64,000 nucleotides of DNA from Azolla caroliniana (Eukaryota > Plantae > Polypodiophyta): positions 15,624,001 to 15,688,000 of the forward strand of contig JBHGNT010000001.1 in assembly GCA_043228905.1 (NCBI GenBank), written 5' to 3'. The notes under the pieces were generated by a model, which was not told the origin of the DNA, made no database searches, and saw only the letters and a program-made list of their open reading frames with translations. The position numbers and the translations under genes were made by a program. Shown here one piece after another: positions 35,201 through 48,198 of this stretch. The first letter of the stretch is position 1; each line of letters opens with the position of its first letter.

Positions 35201-37225
35201 TGGAACATAGGAATCGGACCGACCATAGACGAGTTCGTGGAGGCCTTTGCCGGAAGGTCAATTTACTCGGTCGGTGATCTGTACTCAGGATACGATCAGT
35301 TCCAGCAGCCGTGGAGAGCAGGGACATTACAATAATGCAGACTCCTCTCGGCCTAGTACGGATGTGTACCCTTCCGCAAGGAGGGACGAACTCGGTAGCC
35401 CACATGGTGAACGCAGTGAACAAAGTGCTAAGGGATTGTACCCCGGACATCACCATGCCATTCTTAGAAGACATCCCGATCAAAGGATGCTTGGTGGAGG
35501 ATAAGGACGAGACAATCAGACCGGATGGATGCCTGAAATTCGTGGCGGACCACATCGATGACTACGAGAAGGTGTTGCAAAGACTAGAGGGCGCTAGGCT
35601 CACCTTCTCCATGGAAAAATCGGCCTTCGGGCAATCAGACATCATGGTCGTCAGACACCTATGCGGGCCATTCAGTCGGAAATCGTTGCCGGCCAAGGTA
35701 GAGGTCATCTCCGCGATGAAGCACGATTGCAAATCGGTCACGGAAGTCCGGAGATTCTTGGGAGCATGCACGTTCTACCATATCTGGATCCCGCATTACG
35801 CCGACGTCGCGGAGCCACTCTATGGATTGCTGAAGAAAGGGCGTAGATTCGAGTGGAGAGCAGAGCATACGGAATCAGTCCGGAAAATGAAAGAAGCACT
35901 TGCTGCGGTGCCGACACTCCGAAAAGCGGTCTACAGTAGAGACATTCCGATTTACGTGATCGTAGACACGAGTCCGATTGGAATCAGATGGTAGGAGGAT
36001 GAGAATGGCACGAGGTTCCCCATCCAGTTCGGCGCAAAAGTCCTCAGTGAACAGCGAGGGTACGCCCAAGTTAAACGCGAACTCTGGGGTATCGTTTCGG
36101 CGGTCAAGGCTGACAAAGACTACCTAATCGGGACGGAGGTGATAATTGAGACGAACTACCTACCGATTCTCACTTTGGTTTCTGGATGCGCGACGCCAGA
36201 CCTGGCAATGCTCAGGTGGATAGCGTACATCAAGTCCCTGAATTCGGAAATACGACATAATTTCCAAAAAGGACAACGCCATCCACTTCAAATGGATGGT
36301 GGACTTAGTGCCAATGCCGATGGGAGTAGGGCAGATGCGGTATCTGGTGCTTGCGCAGGAGGATTTAATGAACCAAGTGGAAGGCCACGCACTGATGAAA
36401 AAGATGACTGCGGCGGTGTGCCGGTTCCTGATCGAAGAGGTAGTGTGCAGGTACGGATGTGTAGGGAAAATCGTAGCGGATCGGGGAGAGCTGAACGTGC
36501 AGGAAGCTGAGGAGTTGTTCGACCGGTTCGGGGTCAAGCTCTCCCTCACTACGGCGTACAATCCGGAGGCGAACGGGAAGGTAGAACACGGACATGGACA
36601 AATCGTGAAGGCTTTGGTATGAGCGTGTGAAGGGCAGGTTGGGAACTGGTCGTGGCTTCTACCCTACGCATTGTGGGCAGACCGGACTACGCACAGTTCG
36701 GTGACGGGGTTCATGCCGACGGAGTTGATGTATGAGCAAAAACCAATTATGCCGGTGGAACAGACGATCTCCTCATGGGCCATGGTGGACTGGAGAGACG
36801 AGATGAGCCGGGAGGAGCTGTTAGCGGCGCGGATCCGACAGCTCGAGCGAAGACCGTAGGATGTGGAACGAGCCGCGAAAAAGCTGCAGGCCGCGAGGGA
36901 AAAGAACAAGGAAGGATTCAACCGGACTCACCGACTAAGGCCGAAGAAAATCGAGGAAGGCTTTTGGGTTCTGGTATATGACAACAACCTCGACAACCAG
37001 CACAAGGCGATGCGGAAGTTCGCAAGGAGGTGGTTCGGGCCTTATGTGGTGACAAGCGCCAACGACAACGGTACCTACAATCTCGCGGAGCTTGACGGGG
37101 TACCGGTTGCCGGGAAAAGGATCAAAGCGTTCAAAAAGCGGCACAAGGATGAACCGGACCCGGACAACTTGGATAGCGAGGACGACCGGTTCAAAGCGAA
37201 TGGCGATCCAGAGGACGAAGGGTAA
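32262..37225 (+). pseudogene. Element B gag-pro-pol remnants; integrase Zn-finger region deleted near 36270
   Basis: Domain-by-domain homology to element C, with many stops and frameshifts. Confidence 0.9.
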
Positions 37226-37988
37226 GCGTGGGTCTGTCTTCTCCGGCAAGAGTCTATTTTGGCGCATACCAATGGATGCGTGATTAGGTGGGGGCGGATG
37301 TCGTGGAGAAAACCGTCCCTAGGCGGAATCAGAGAATGATGTGCACAAACCGGCCCTTACACGCGGGCACAAGTTTGGTTGTAATGTACATATTTAGGTA
37401 TAAGTCGCCCGATGTGAATATCCTACATCGCACGGATTTGATAGGTAGGAAATCGAGGCATATCTCTGTCCGAAAGAACAGAGAATAAAGATGATGTAAC
37501 AAGTTGTAATGGCCTCCCTCCTTGGGCTATAAAAGAGAGGGAGACGAATCGTAAAAGGTATCGCTTTTGTCGAGGACGAAGTGCTGTCGGACTAGGACCG
37601 ATCTCTTATGCTCCGTCTTTCTCTGTATTTGCTCTATGTAGGTTTTCGGGAGGCGCACTCTGCTCCGCGGAACACCTGAGTGCTTCCAGTAGAGTCTCCA
37701 TCTCGCTCTTCTGTGTGCGTGTGCGTAGGCGTAGGAGATTGTCGCTCACCGGCCTGCCAGTTGTAACCCCTTTTTCATCAGAATATATATATATATATAT
37801 ATGCATTCATCTCGTTTCCGTTGTTTCATTTGGTTGCGGTTTCCGTTGTATCTGTGTGTGTGTGTGTGTGTGTGTGTGTGGAAGCATGGCCATTGTCCTT
37901 ATTGCTCCTACTCCTTATCGGTTATTCCTCGGTCCAAGACCCCTGTGGTCCTGCCTCGTTCTATACACAGGCGCGTAACAATGCGACA

Positions 37989-39577
37989 ACGTTAACACAA
38001 ACGGCAAAAAGCGACGATGAGGATCAGTTAGCCAGAGTCACCAGGCAGAGGAATGTCGGTATACGCTGAATGGGGATGCAACTACCCCCCTTAAACGCGG
38101 CCCTTGTCGAATTGCATAGGGAACTGGCCAAGGTCAGTATGGGCGCCAAAGATATGGCGAATAAAAATAAAAATGTCTAGAAAAAGGTTAAACTGACCCA
38201 AACCGAGCTAGAAAAGGCCAATGAACGCATCACGAAGTTGGAAAATAATGCAACTACAGCGCAACAAGAAGCTCCACCAACAACCAACACCGTTGAATCT
38301 TTGAGGGAAGAAATTGAAGCTTACACCGCCATTGCCTCGAAAGCGAAATGGGCCGTCCAACTGGCGGAATCAGAGATTGACCGTCTCCGCGCTGAATTTC
38401 GACAGTCCTCAGACAAAGAAAAGGACATCCGGGCCAATGGCCGAAAGGCAGTAAAGACCCTTGAAGAGAAACTCGCATCGGAGATAGCACAACACACCCG
38501 AACGAAAGAAGAAAATGCCCAATTACGAGAGGAAGCGAAAAAATCAGAAGCGGCAATCGCGGGACTCCGGGCTTTATTGGAGAAGAAGAAAGCATGGTTC
38601 GATGAGCAGCTGGTTGGAGAACAAGAGAGGAGGCATCAGCTGGAAATCCGCCTGAACAATGAAATGGGAAAACTGGAAGAACTACATTCGAAGGAATCTC
38701 AGCTCTTGGCAGGAATGAGGAGCACTTATGAGGAAGCGACAGTGGTTAGTCAACAAGAAATTGCAAACCTCAAGAAATCCGTAGAAGAAACACGCAACCG
38801 TTGCCAAGCCATAACAGACAACGTGCACATCCTTCTGCAAACGAATCGGAAGAGGTTTACGGTGCAATTAAAATCTGCGCTAGACAAAGGATGGATGGCG
38901 TGGGTTGCACAAGCGGTGGAATTGCATACGTAGCAGGCGGATTGGGAGAACCAAAGGAAAGATGGCCGAGGGTTCTACAAACTCAATGAGGAAAGCATTG
39001 CGGTAGTACGCGAGGACCTAGCATAGGACTATCGCACGCTAGCGGACCAACATTCCGAGGAACTCATGCAGCTACTAGATGATTTTGGCGAAATTCAGGA
39101 GGACCTGTTTCACCAAATCACGCAAGTCAGCACGCGAACAAATGAGGAATCCATCGCGACACCAGTTCCGGATACTGCCGAACAAGAGGAACCTCAGCCC
39201 ATGTCACCGGAAATTACCACTACGGTGAACAGTACGGAACGGTGAGCAGAGCCCCCCGCAATACCAGACAGCGAAACCGCCGACCACGAGGAAGCCCACT
39301 CTCCAGAGCGTACGACTACGGCCGAAATCACAGAGGAAGTTACGGACGAAACAGAGCCACGACCTACCACAAGCCCGCGAACGGCCGAACCAACCCCAAT
39401 AGCTCAAGAAGAGCCAGCAGAACCCGGACCGCCCACATAGGAAACCAACGACACCATGGAAAGCCCTCCCGACCAAGCAGGGGAACCACACAATGATGTG
39501 CCTACGGGCCCTACGCTGTCCTTGGGCCCGAACACCGTAGCAGAACCAAACATCAGGGCCACTTTGGAGGAAGATTA
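37989..39577 (+). pseudogene. Family A extra ORF, C-terminal part (long coiled coil plus acidic Thr/Pro tail)
   Basis: ORF 38238-38933 is heptad-rich and homologous to 56075-57736. Confidence 0.75.
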
Positions 39578-39680
39578 AAGGGGTGGGTCTGATGTGCCAT
39601 GGCATTGTCCCACAAGCATGCCAAGTGTTGTCCGCCGGAATAGTAACCGACGGACAAGAGCGCAGTAATATAGAATAGAG

Positions 39681-42600
39681 TAGTCAACTCCGTGCGTTTG
39701 TGCGTAGCCTTTTGCTACGAGTCGCACTTTGTAGTGGTTGACAGAACCGTCGGCGTTGTACTTCACTTTGTAAATCCATCTGCATCCGCTCGCCTTTTTT
39801 GTGTGGTGAGGTGGGAATGAGATCCCATGTCTCGTTGTTGCGTAGTGCTTGCATCTCCTCGTTCATGGGTTTGATCCATCACGGATCCTTGGTTGCTTCG
39901 GAGAATGTTTCCAGCTCGCGTACTATTGCCACCTTCATCATAAAGGCATAGTGATATGCCATGTCGTCGTTGTAGCCGAATCGGCTGACCGGGTTCTTTT
40001 CACGGGTGGAGCGACGGAGCTTTTCATTTGTAGAGATGAGGGCTTTCTTAGCTCCGATTGGTACATTGAAGCCTCCAAACTCACTGTCGAGTGAGTGAGT
40101 TGACTCATCGTCGTCTAAGTGATCGTCTTCGTATTTCGACATTTTCGCCTTGCCCTTGTCCATCTTCGAGCTAGGCCATGATGTGCTTTGATTGCTCAAA
40201 GGCTGTTGTGGTCCACTCAGTCGGGTCGTGATCGGACTTTCTTCGAACATGCGCGTAAGGAGATCATCATCCTCTATCTCTTGTTCGGCAGAATCCGGGT
40301 CGAGCGGAGTCGGAGTCGAAGTTGTCTCTAGTGCGTACCAGGATGCGGACTCGTCAAAAACGACGTCTCGACTTACTCGAGATTTTGGAGTTGAGGGGTT
40401 GTAGCACTTGTACCCCGTTTGCTCCAGTGAGTATCCTACAAGGATACATTTCTCCGACTTTGGGTCAAGCTTTTGACGCTTCTCGTCGGGGATGTGCATG
40501 TATGCTATCGTGCCGAATATCCGGGTGTGCGATAAATCCGGCTTCTTTCTGAAGTATTTTTCGTGCGGAGTGACCTCGTGCACTCCGGACGTTGTGCACC
40601 GGTTCATTAGGTAGATGGCCGTATTTGCAGCTTCGGCCCAATATGACTTGGGCATATGCTTCTCGTTCATCATGGCCCGCGCTACTTCGAGAATGTGCCG
40701 ATTTTTGCGCTCGGCTACTCCGTTTTGTTGCCGAGTGTGTCGGCAAGTGAATTCTCGCCGAATTACTTCCTTTCGGACATACGCCGTGAAATCATCCGAG
40801 AAGTACTCCTTGCCGCCATCCGATCGGAGACATGGTACATGGCAACCAATGGCTTTTTTGACTTCATTTTTAAACCTTTGGAAGTGCCCAAACACTGCAC
40901 TCTTTTGTCGCATTGGACAGAGCCACGTGTGCCTAGAGAAGTCGTCGATGAAGAGCACGTAATATCGGCATTCGGTTCCCATACGTCGGAATGGACTACG
41001 TCGACTAGACCTTTGCTCATGTTCCGCTCTTTCGGGAATGGGTGTCGGTGTTGTTTGCCGAATTGGCACTCTTCGCATACACCTTCAATCTCCTTCTCTT
41101 TGAATGTCGGGAGTTCAATGACGAATCCTTTCGATTTCATTTCTTTGAGTTTGTTGATATTGATGTGGCCGATTCGCTTGTGCCATAGCTCTATGTCAGA
41201 GTTGGCTTTCGTGCTTTTTTTGAACATGGCAGATTTCATCTCGTGTGAATTGAGAATGAACATCTGGCCCTCTCTTCTTCTGCGCGCGGTGATTCGGCCC
41301 TCATTTTCGATGAAGCACCCTTCTTGGTTGAATCGTACTTGCATCCCTTGCTCAACCATTTGGCCGACCGAGACCAACTTCTTTGTGATGGTGGGAACAT
41401 GCAAGACATTTTTAATGTATGTTTGCTTACCTCTTTCGCCGAACGGAACATTGCCGATGTGCCGAATCGGGTGCATAGTGTCATCTCCGATTTTGACATA
41501 ACCGGGTCGCTCCGGCTCTCGAAGTTTGAGAAACCATTCTTTTTGAGATGTCATATGGTTTGAGGCTCCGGAGTCAACAAACCATACGTCCTCCGGATTG
41601 AGGGCACTAGTTGAGGTGGAGGCCGACATAGAGTTTGCTCTATGTTTCATCATGAACATTCCGCCACGGTCGGAGTTGTGTGCATACATTCCGCCACGAT
41701 CTTTGTAGTCAGAGTTGTGCCCATACATTCCGCTATACTCTTCGTAGTCGGAATTGTGCGTGTAATTCGTGAGTTGTCGGCTTGTGCAAGCCGATTCGCG
41801 CATCTTCTTTCGGCACTCTTCTTCGTAGTGGCCGAGCTGTCTGCAATATCCGCATTCAATTGTGTTTTGACGGCTCGGGCCGGAGTGGAAGCTCCCCATT
41901 CTTGCAAAAGTTCCTCGTTAGCTTCCGTTTTGCGGCCGAAATTGGGAGTTGTTGTCGTAGGTCGGACCTCGTCCGCCTTGTCCTTGGCCGAATCGGCCTC
42001 TCGCTCGTATGTGTCCTCTTCTTCCGTTCGAGTGCGTGTAGAGCATGTGGCCTTCCGACTGATTGCTCCTTGTATGCACGTGGTTTTCTTCGACCAATAG
42101 CATTGATTGGAGCTCGAAGGAGGGAGATTTCTCCCTTGCTAGAACGGCGGTTCGCATCGAGGCATGTTTGCACCATCTCATCATTATCGATATTTACACT
42201 TATCGAGTCGAGCGAGTCGCAAAGCTCCTTGATCTTCAAGGTGTATGTCATGATGGACATGTCCCTTTGTTGAATGTTGTTCAACTCTTGGCAGAGTTGA
42301 AGCCTTCTGGAGGTTGTGTTCGCCGCGAAAATCTTTCGTAGATTTTCCCATGCCTCCTTCGGCGTCTTGGCTTTGCGAATGTAGCTGAGCATGTGATCGT
42401 GAACACATGTCACCAAGCAATACATCATGTGGCTTGCGACTTGCTCCCATGTTTCGTATCTGCGAGCCGTGTCGACGGGTCGATCTTCGTGCGCACCATT
42501 GTTGTAGCTCCAATAGCCTTGTCCAACAAGGTATTGGTGCATCTTATACTCCCAAGATGCGAAGTTGTTTCGATCCAACTTCTCGGTAAGGAGAGTGCTC

Positions 42601-42830
42601 CCCATTTGAGTATTCATTATGTCGATTCTTCTTCTTCTTCTTCTTCTCTCTTCGAATGTGAGCTATGTAGCGAAGCTACGATAGCGATGAGCCGGTTCTT
42701 CTTGAACGTCGGCATAGAGCTTAACACACGCAGATGGGTTAGATGGAGCTACCAAACCACTCTGATACCATGTAAAGAATCGGGTATGATTCTTGTGTAG
42801 CGGAATAGGTGCGAACTGTGTGTGTGTGTA

Positions 42831-42866
<36 letters not shown>

Positions 42867-43183
42867 TGAGAGAGAGACGAGGAGTAAGACACAGAGAATA
42901 CGCAAAGTAAAAGTATATTAACAAAGGAGAAAGACTCAACATTATACAAGGTGGGAGGAGGGTGCTTTATATAGTCACCCTCTCTCTTCATTAACTACAA
43001 GACTCATGGAGCATGGGGAATGTGAAAGCTCATTAGTTATGTGTCATAGAATATGATTCTATGACTCATACTAAATGCTAGAATACAAAGTGGTGACATA
43101 ATGGTGACTCTTGACCGTTGGAGTGTCTATTCACTCTCAAGGTGAGTTCACACACTAGACCAAGTTGAGCTTGATTCTAAACG
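39681..43183 (-). mobile_element. Truncated copia F1 (5' LTR ~42771-43183, PBS, gag, protease, integrase, start of RT)
   Basis: PBS TGGTATCAGAGT at 42770-42759. Motifs WFVDSGASNHM, LWHKRIGH, LRSDGGKEY and YKVRLVAKGY. Confidence 0.88.
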
Positions 43184-44644
43184 AGAGCGATACTTTGTTG
43201 TAACCGCCGGTTGGCGAAGATACAGAGCTCGAGGTCGTTGCCTCTAAGGCTCTGAATGTACTTTCTCATATAGTGATAGTTTGGAGTCTGTGGGCTCCCG
43301 TGGTTTTTCTCTATTAGGGTTTTCCATGTAAACATCCTGTGTATTTACTTGTGTACTCTCCATTTCCCATTTCTGTGTTTCATTCTCAAAGAAGTGATTC
43401 AAGACTTGGTTGTGGCCGAGCAATATTCCACACTATTCTCTTCAGGTGAAATCCCTCCTCTCCAACAAATTCGAGATGTCAGACATGAAGGAACTTCATT
43501 ACTTCCTTGGAATCGAAGTAATTCGGATTCCGACCGGAATTATGATCTCTCATGGCATTACATCCTAAACTTGTCATACAAGTTCGGGATGGCTGAGTGC
43601 AAATCTGTGGCAACCCCTCTCGATCGGATCGACACTTCTAGCAAACTGCAAGCTATCTGGAAAACAAAGACCGAGGACAAAGGCGGAGAAGACGGATTGA
43701 TGAAGATTCCATATGCCTCTACCGTCGGAAGCTTGATGTACGCGATGGTATGTACCCGGCCGGGTATCGGATATGCAGTCGGAGTGGGGAGCCGGTTCAT
43801 GAGCAATCACGACAAAAAGCATTGGAATGCGATCAAGTGGATACTCCGGTATCTGAAAGGCACTTCGAGTATGTGCCTCCGGTTCGACTCCGTTAATCCC
43901 CAACTTGACGGATTCACCCGATTCGGATATGTCGACTAATGAGAATACCAGCCGGTCTACATCCGGATATGTCATGACTTATGCAGGGGGAGCTGTATCA
44001 TGGCAGTCGAGGCTACAAAAGACGATTGCATTGTCAACCACGGAGGTAGAGTACATGGCAGCTGTAGAAGCCGACAATGAGATAATATGGATGAAGGACT
44101 TCATTGGAGAGCTAGGGATCCAACAAGAGGAATACCAGCTCCACTACGACAATCAAAGTGCCATCCACCTTGCAAAGAATGCGGCCTACCATTCCCAGAC
44201 GAAACATATCTAGCGGATGTACCTCTAGATCTGGGAGAGAGTAGAAGATCAAGAGTTCGTGCTGACGAAGATCCACATGGAGGAGAACGGGTCGGATATG
44301 CTGACCAAGGTGTTGACAACCAACAAGTTGGACGCGTGCCGAAAGCGGATCAGGCTAACGAGACATCCCATGCCGGAGTGAAGGGCGAGATTGTTGGGAA
44401 ATCGGTCCCTCTCGATGGGATCCGGTGATGAATGAAGAGGACCCGGTGAGAACCAGAAGAGAGGGCATATTTGTAAATATGTTTTGAGTAAGCCTATGGA
44501 GGCCCTATCTATAAATAGCCCTAATTTCCTATAAGTATAAATACGACTTAGGGCAATCACTTAGTATTGTGCATAGTGTTGTTGTCATACTATTGTAATT
44601 GTTGTACAGAGAGTAACAGAGGGAGAGAGTGTGAGATACAGCGT
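43184..44644 (+). mobile_element. Chimeric copia debris: Tork-like LTR fragment, RT/RNase H fragments, PPT and partial 3' LTR (from ~44391)
   Basis: FEMSDMKELHYFLGIEV is fused to VPYASTVGSLMYAMVCTRP..RHPMPE*, followed by GAAGGGCGAGAT TGTTGGGA. Confidence 0.8.
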
Positions 44645-46708
44645 TGTAAAGAATCACGAGATGGATTCTGTGCAGCGGAATAGATATGAATTGTGTGTGT
44701 ATGAGAGAGAGAGAGTGAGAGAGAGAGAGAGACAAGAAGTAAGACACATAGAGTACGCAAGGTAAAGTATATTAACAAAGGGGAAAGACTCAACCTTATC
44801 CAAGGTGGGAGAAGGGTGCTTTATATGGTCACCCTCTATCTTCATTAACTACAAGACTCATGGAGCATGGGGAATGTGAAAGCTCATAAGTTGTGTGTCA
44901 TAGAATATGATTCTATGACTCATACTAAATGCTAGAATACAAAGTGGTGACATAATGGTGACTCTTGACCGTTGGAGTGTCTATTCACTCTCAAGGTGAG
45001 TTCACACACTAGACCAAGTTGAGCTTGATTCTCAACAAGAACGTTGACGTTTTTCACTCGCCGATGTGAGTGCCTTCTTTACTCTGGGTGTCCACATGAT
45101 GGGTACACCGAACTCACTATCTAGTGACGGAACCAACTCATCCGAATCACCTTCATCGAGGTGATTAACTTCGTATTCGGGCATCTTACTTTTGCCTTTG
45201 TCCAAGTTCGGACTTGGCCACAACGTGCTTGGAAGGATTGAAGGATTAGGTGGGCTTTGATTGTCTTGTGGTAGACAACTTGTCCGAATATCGTCCTCCG
45301 AGTTGACATTAAACTCTTCCTCAGTCAAGTTGAGTGGAGTCGAATCCGGCTTATACCAAGGTGTTGATTTGTTGAAGACTACGTCTCGACTCACCCGAAC
45401 CGCTTGGGCCGAAGGGTTATAGCACTGGTATGCCTTCTTGTTGGACGAGTATCCTATGAGGATACATTCCTCCAACTTCGCATCGGGCTTCTGTCGGTTT
45501 TCGTTCGGGATGTGTACATTTGTAATGCTTCCGAACACCTTGATTTGTTGAAGACTACGTCTCGACTCACCCGAACCGCCTGGGACGAAGGGTTATAGCA
45601 CTGGTATGCCTTCTTGTTGGACGAGTATCCTATGAGGATACATTCCTCCGACTTCGCATCGGGCTTCGGTCGGCTTTCATTCGGGATGTGTACATTCGTA
45701 ATGCTTCCGAACACCTTGAGGTGTGACAAGATCCGCTTCCTTCCGACGAGGAGCTCATATGGAGTTAGCTCATGCAATCCATTGGTGGTGCATCGATTCA
45801 TGAGATAGACGACCTTGGATGCCGCTTCGGCCCAATAGAAGTTCGGCATGTGTTTCGCACGTGCTACCTCGAGTATTTGCCGATTTTTCCTTTTGGCGAC
45901 TGCATTTTTTGGGGATGTGTGTTGGCATGAGAATTCTCTCCGAATGCCTTCACTTTGGAGGTAGGAGGTGAACTCGTCGGAGAAGTACTCCTTGCCTCCA
46001 TCCAATCATAGGCATCAAATGTGCCAACCGGTTTCTTTCTCCACTTGGCCCCTGAGCTTTTGGAAGTGGGAGATCACTTCACTCTTCTTCGTCATCGGGA
46101 AGATCCACACGTAGCACGAGTAGTCGTCAATGAAGGTGACGTAGACTTGGCATCAGTCGATCATCGGCGTTTGAGCCGGTCCCCATACATCTGAGTGTAT
46201 AACGTCAAGGAGGCCTTTGCTTGCGAAACTCTCCTTCGGAAATGGGAGTCGATATTGTTTGCCAAGTTGACACGGTTTGCATACTCGATCGACTCATTTC
46301 GACTCGAATGTTGGAAGTTCGATGACGACTCCCTTTGATTGCATAGCTCAAAGCCATTGGAGGTTTATGTGGCCGATTCTCTTGTGCCGCAACTCAATGC
46401 TTGTCTCGGTGTTGAGACCTTTAGCATGCATTGTCGATTTCACCTTGTTCGCAATGAGGATGAACATTCGACCATCTCTCCGCCATTAGCTATGAGTTGG
46501 CCATCTTTCTCAATGAAGCATCCTTCGTTGTTGAAGCGGACTTGCATGCCTTGCTCCATGATTTGGCCAATGGAGACCAAATTCTTCGTTATTGTGGGCA
46601 CATGCAAGACATTCTTGATGCAAGTTTGTTCGCCTTCTTTCCCGAATGGGACATTGCCGATGTGCCTAATGGAATGTGTGGTGTCGTCTCCGATCTCTAT
46701 GATGCCGG
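44645..46708 (-). mobile_element. Copia F2 fragment: 393-bp LTR (44645-45037) abutting integrase remnants
   Basis: The LTR is homologous to 42771-43183, and the internal part to 40000-41500. Confidence 0.82.
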
Positions 46709-48198
46709 TGTCGAATACAAGTGTATAATGGCCGTATTCACACTGTCCCTTTGGACAGCCCAAGTTTGGGCTATTTCTATAGATAGCATAAAGGGCAGTT
46801 GCCCTAGGACAGTCACTATATAAAGTGACTTTGTAACCTTTAGAAAAGGTTGGTTATCATTCTTTGTAACTATTGCTATTGGAATATAACGTTTTCTTTG
46901 TGCCTATCTCTCTCTCTCTCTGTGTCTTTCTTGCTTATGCGCATACACAAGTTCTTCTTCAAACAGAATGTTGCTTGCACTTCCACATTGACAGCCTTGT
47001 CACCAACATTTGGTATCAGAGCGTTGGAGGTTCTTCAACCCGTTGCCGGCTGTCATCATACACCACAACATTTTGTTTTTGTATTTTCTTTGAAGAACAG
47101 AGAAGGGAGAAGAAAAACAAAAAGCTCGCATCTCACCATGTTAAATCACAAATTGGAGTAAGCCAGGCGGCCGTACTCTGTTCCTGTGATTGTAACCGCT
47201 TGAGGGGAGCTCCTTGTGCAACAACCGACACAATCGTGCTTCGTTCGGTTAAACAACATCCGAATAGGTCACCGGACGCTATTCACCCGCTTGCTGTAAC
47301 CACCCACTGCAGATTGGTCCTTAGGCAACAACCAAATTCGTGCTTCACTTGACTGATCGACATTCGGGAGGATCAGTTGGATCCATCCCTCTCATCGCTG
47401 CAGTCACCCAAAGCATAATCGGCCCAAACAATCGATTTCTTGTAATCGGTGTTGTCCGCCGGAATAGTAACCGACGGACAAGAGCGTAGAAATAAGAAAT
47501 AATATAAGATCATAACGCATGTAATGGTTCATGCAGGAAGCGTGAACGGCTAAATAGACCCTGCGTATATAAAGGGCCGAAAACCTCCGATAGAGGGGGC
47601 GTGTAATTTGAATTGTAAAGAAGTGTATCGTAATAGAATTCTATCTTCTCTGAAAGTCTGTGTATAGCTACAGCTCATCTACTGTTTGTCTGGAATACCT
47701 GAGCGTATAAGAACGTAAGTGTAACCATTGCTAAGGAGTCAGTTGTAGCCGTCTCCCTTATACGCTGATAGGTTACGAGGAACATTCCCCTACGCATTAC
47801 GCATAGACGCCCCATTCGTTGTTCCACAACCACTTGGAGGTCTAGGTCGAAGGACTGACTGCAGACCATGTTCCTAATCGGTAACACTTTTGGCACGCTT
47901 GGTGATCTGTGTCCTCTCACACACGAGCAACGATGAATGGATGTTTAGCCGCAAACGCCCTAGAGAACCAACACGACAAGACCGGCCAATCACAAGGTCC
48001 GTCACACGCCAGGTAGAGGAACGCTAATCACAAAGTCCGTCACATGGCAGGTAGTACTGAAGTCGCTGAGGCGACCTCAGTACTACCTGCCGTGATTACA
48101 AAGGTGATTCTTTACTCTCCAAATACCTTGACGATACGCGGGGAGTACGGTCACCACAGCCACCCTGTGGTCTTTCCCGACCCGTCGTAGCCCCTAGT

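Larger units (their letters stand above)
23467..37988 (+). mobile_element. Gypsy element B (GC-rich, tRNA-Trp PBS, 4-bp TSD), decayed
   Basis: LTRs at 23467-24161 and 37299-37988 (TGTCG..CGACA). Flanks ATGT/ACGT. PBS at 24166; PPT AGGTGGGGGCGGA. Confidence 0.92.
20880..39680 (+). mobile_element. Gypsy family A copy A1 (3' part: integrase, extra ORF, start of 3' LTR at 39626), interrupted by B
   Basis: Collinear with A2 from about 52127 to 57830. The LTR start TGTTGTCCGCCGGAATAG at 39626 is cut off near 39680. Confidence 0.88.
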
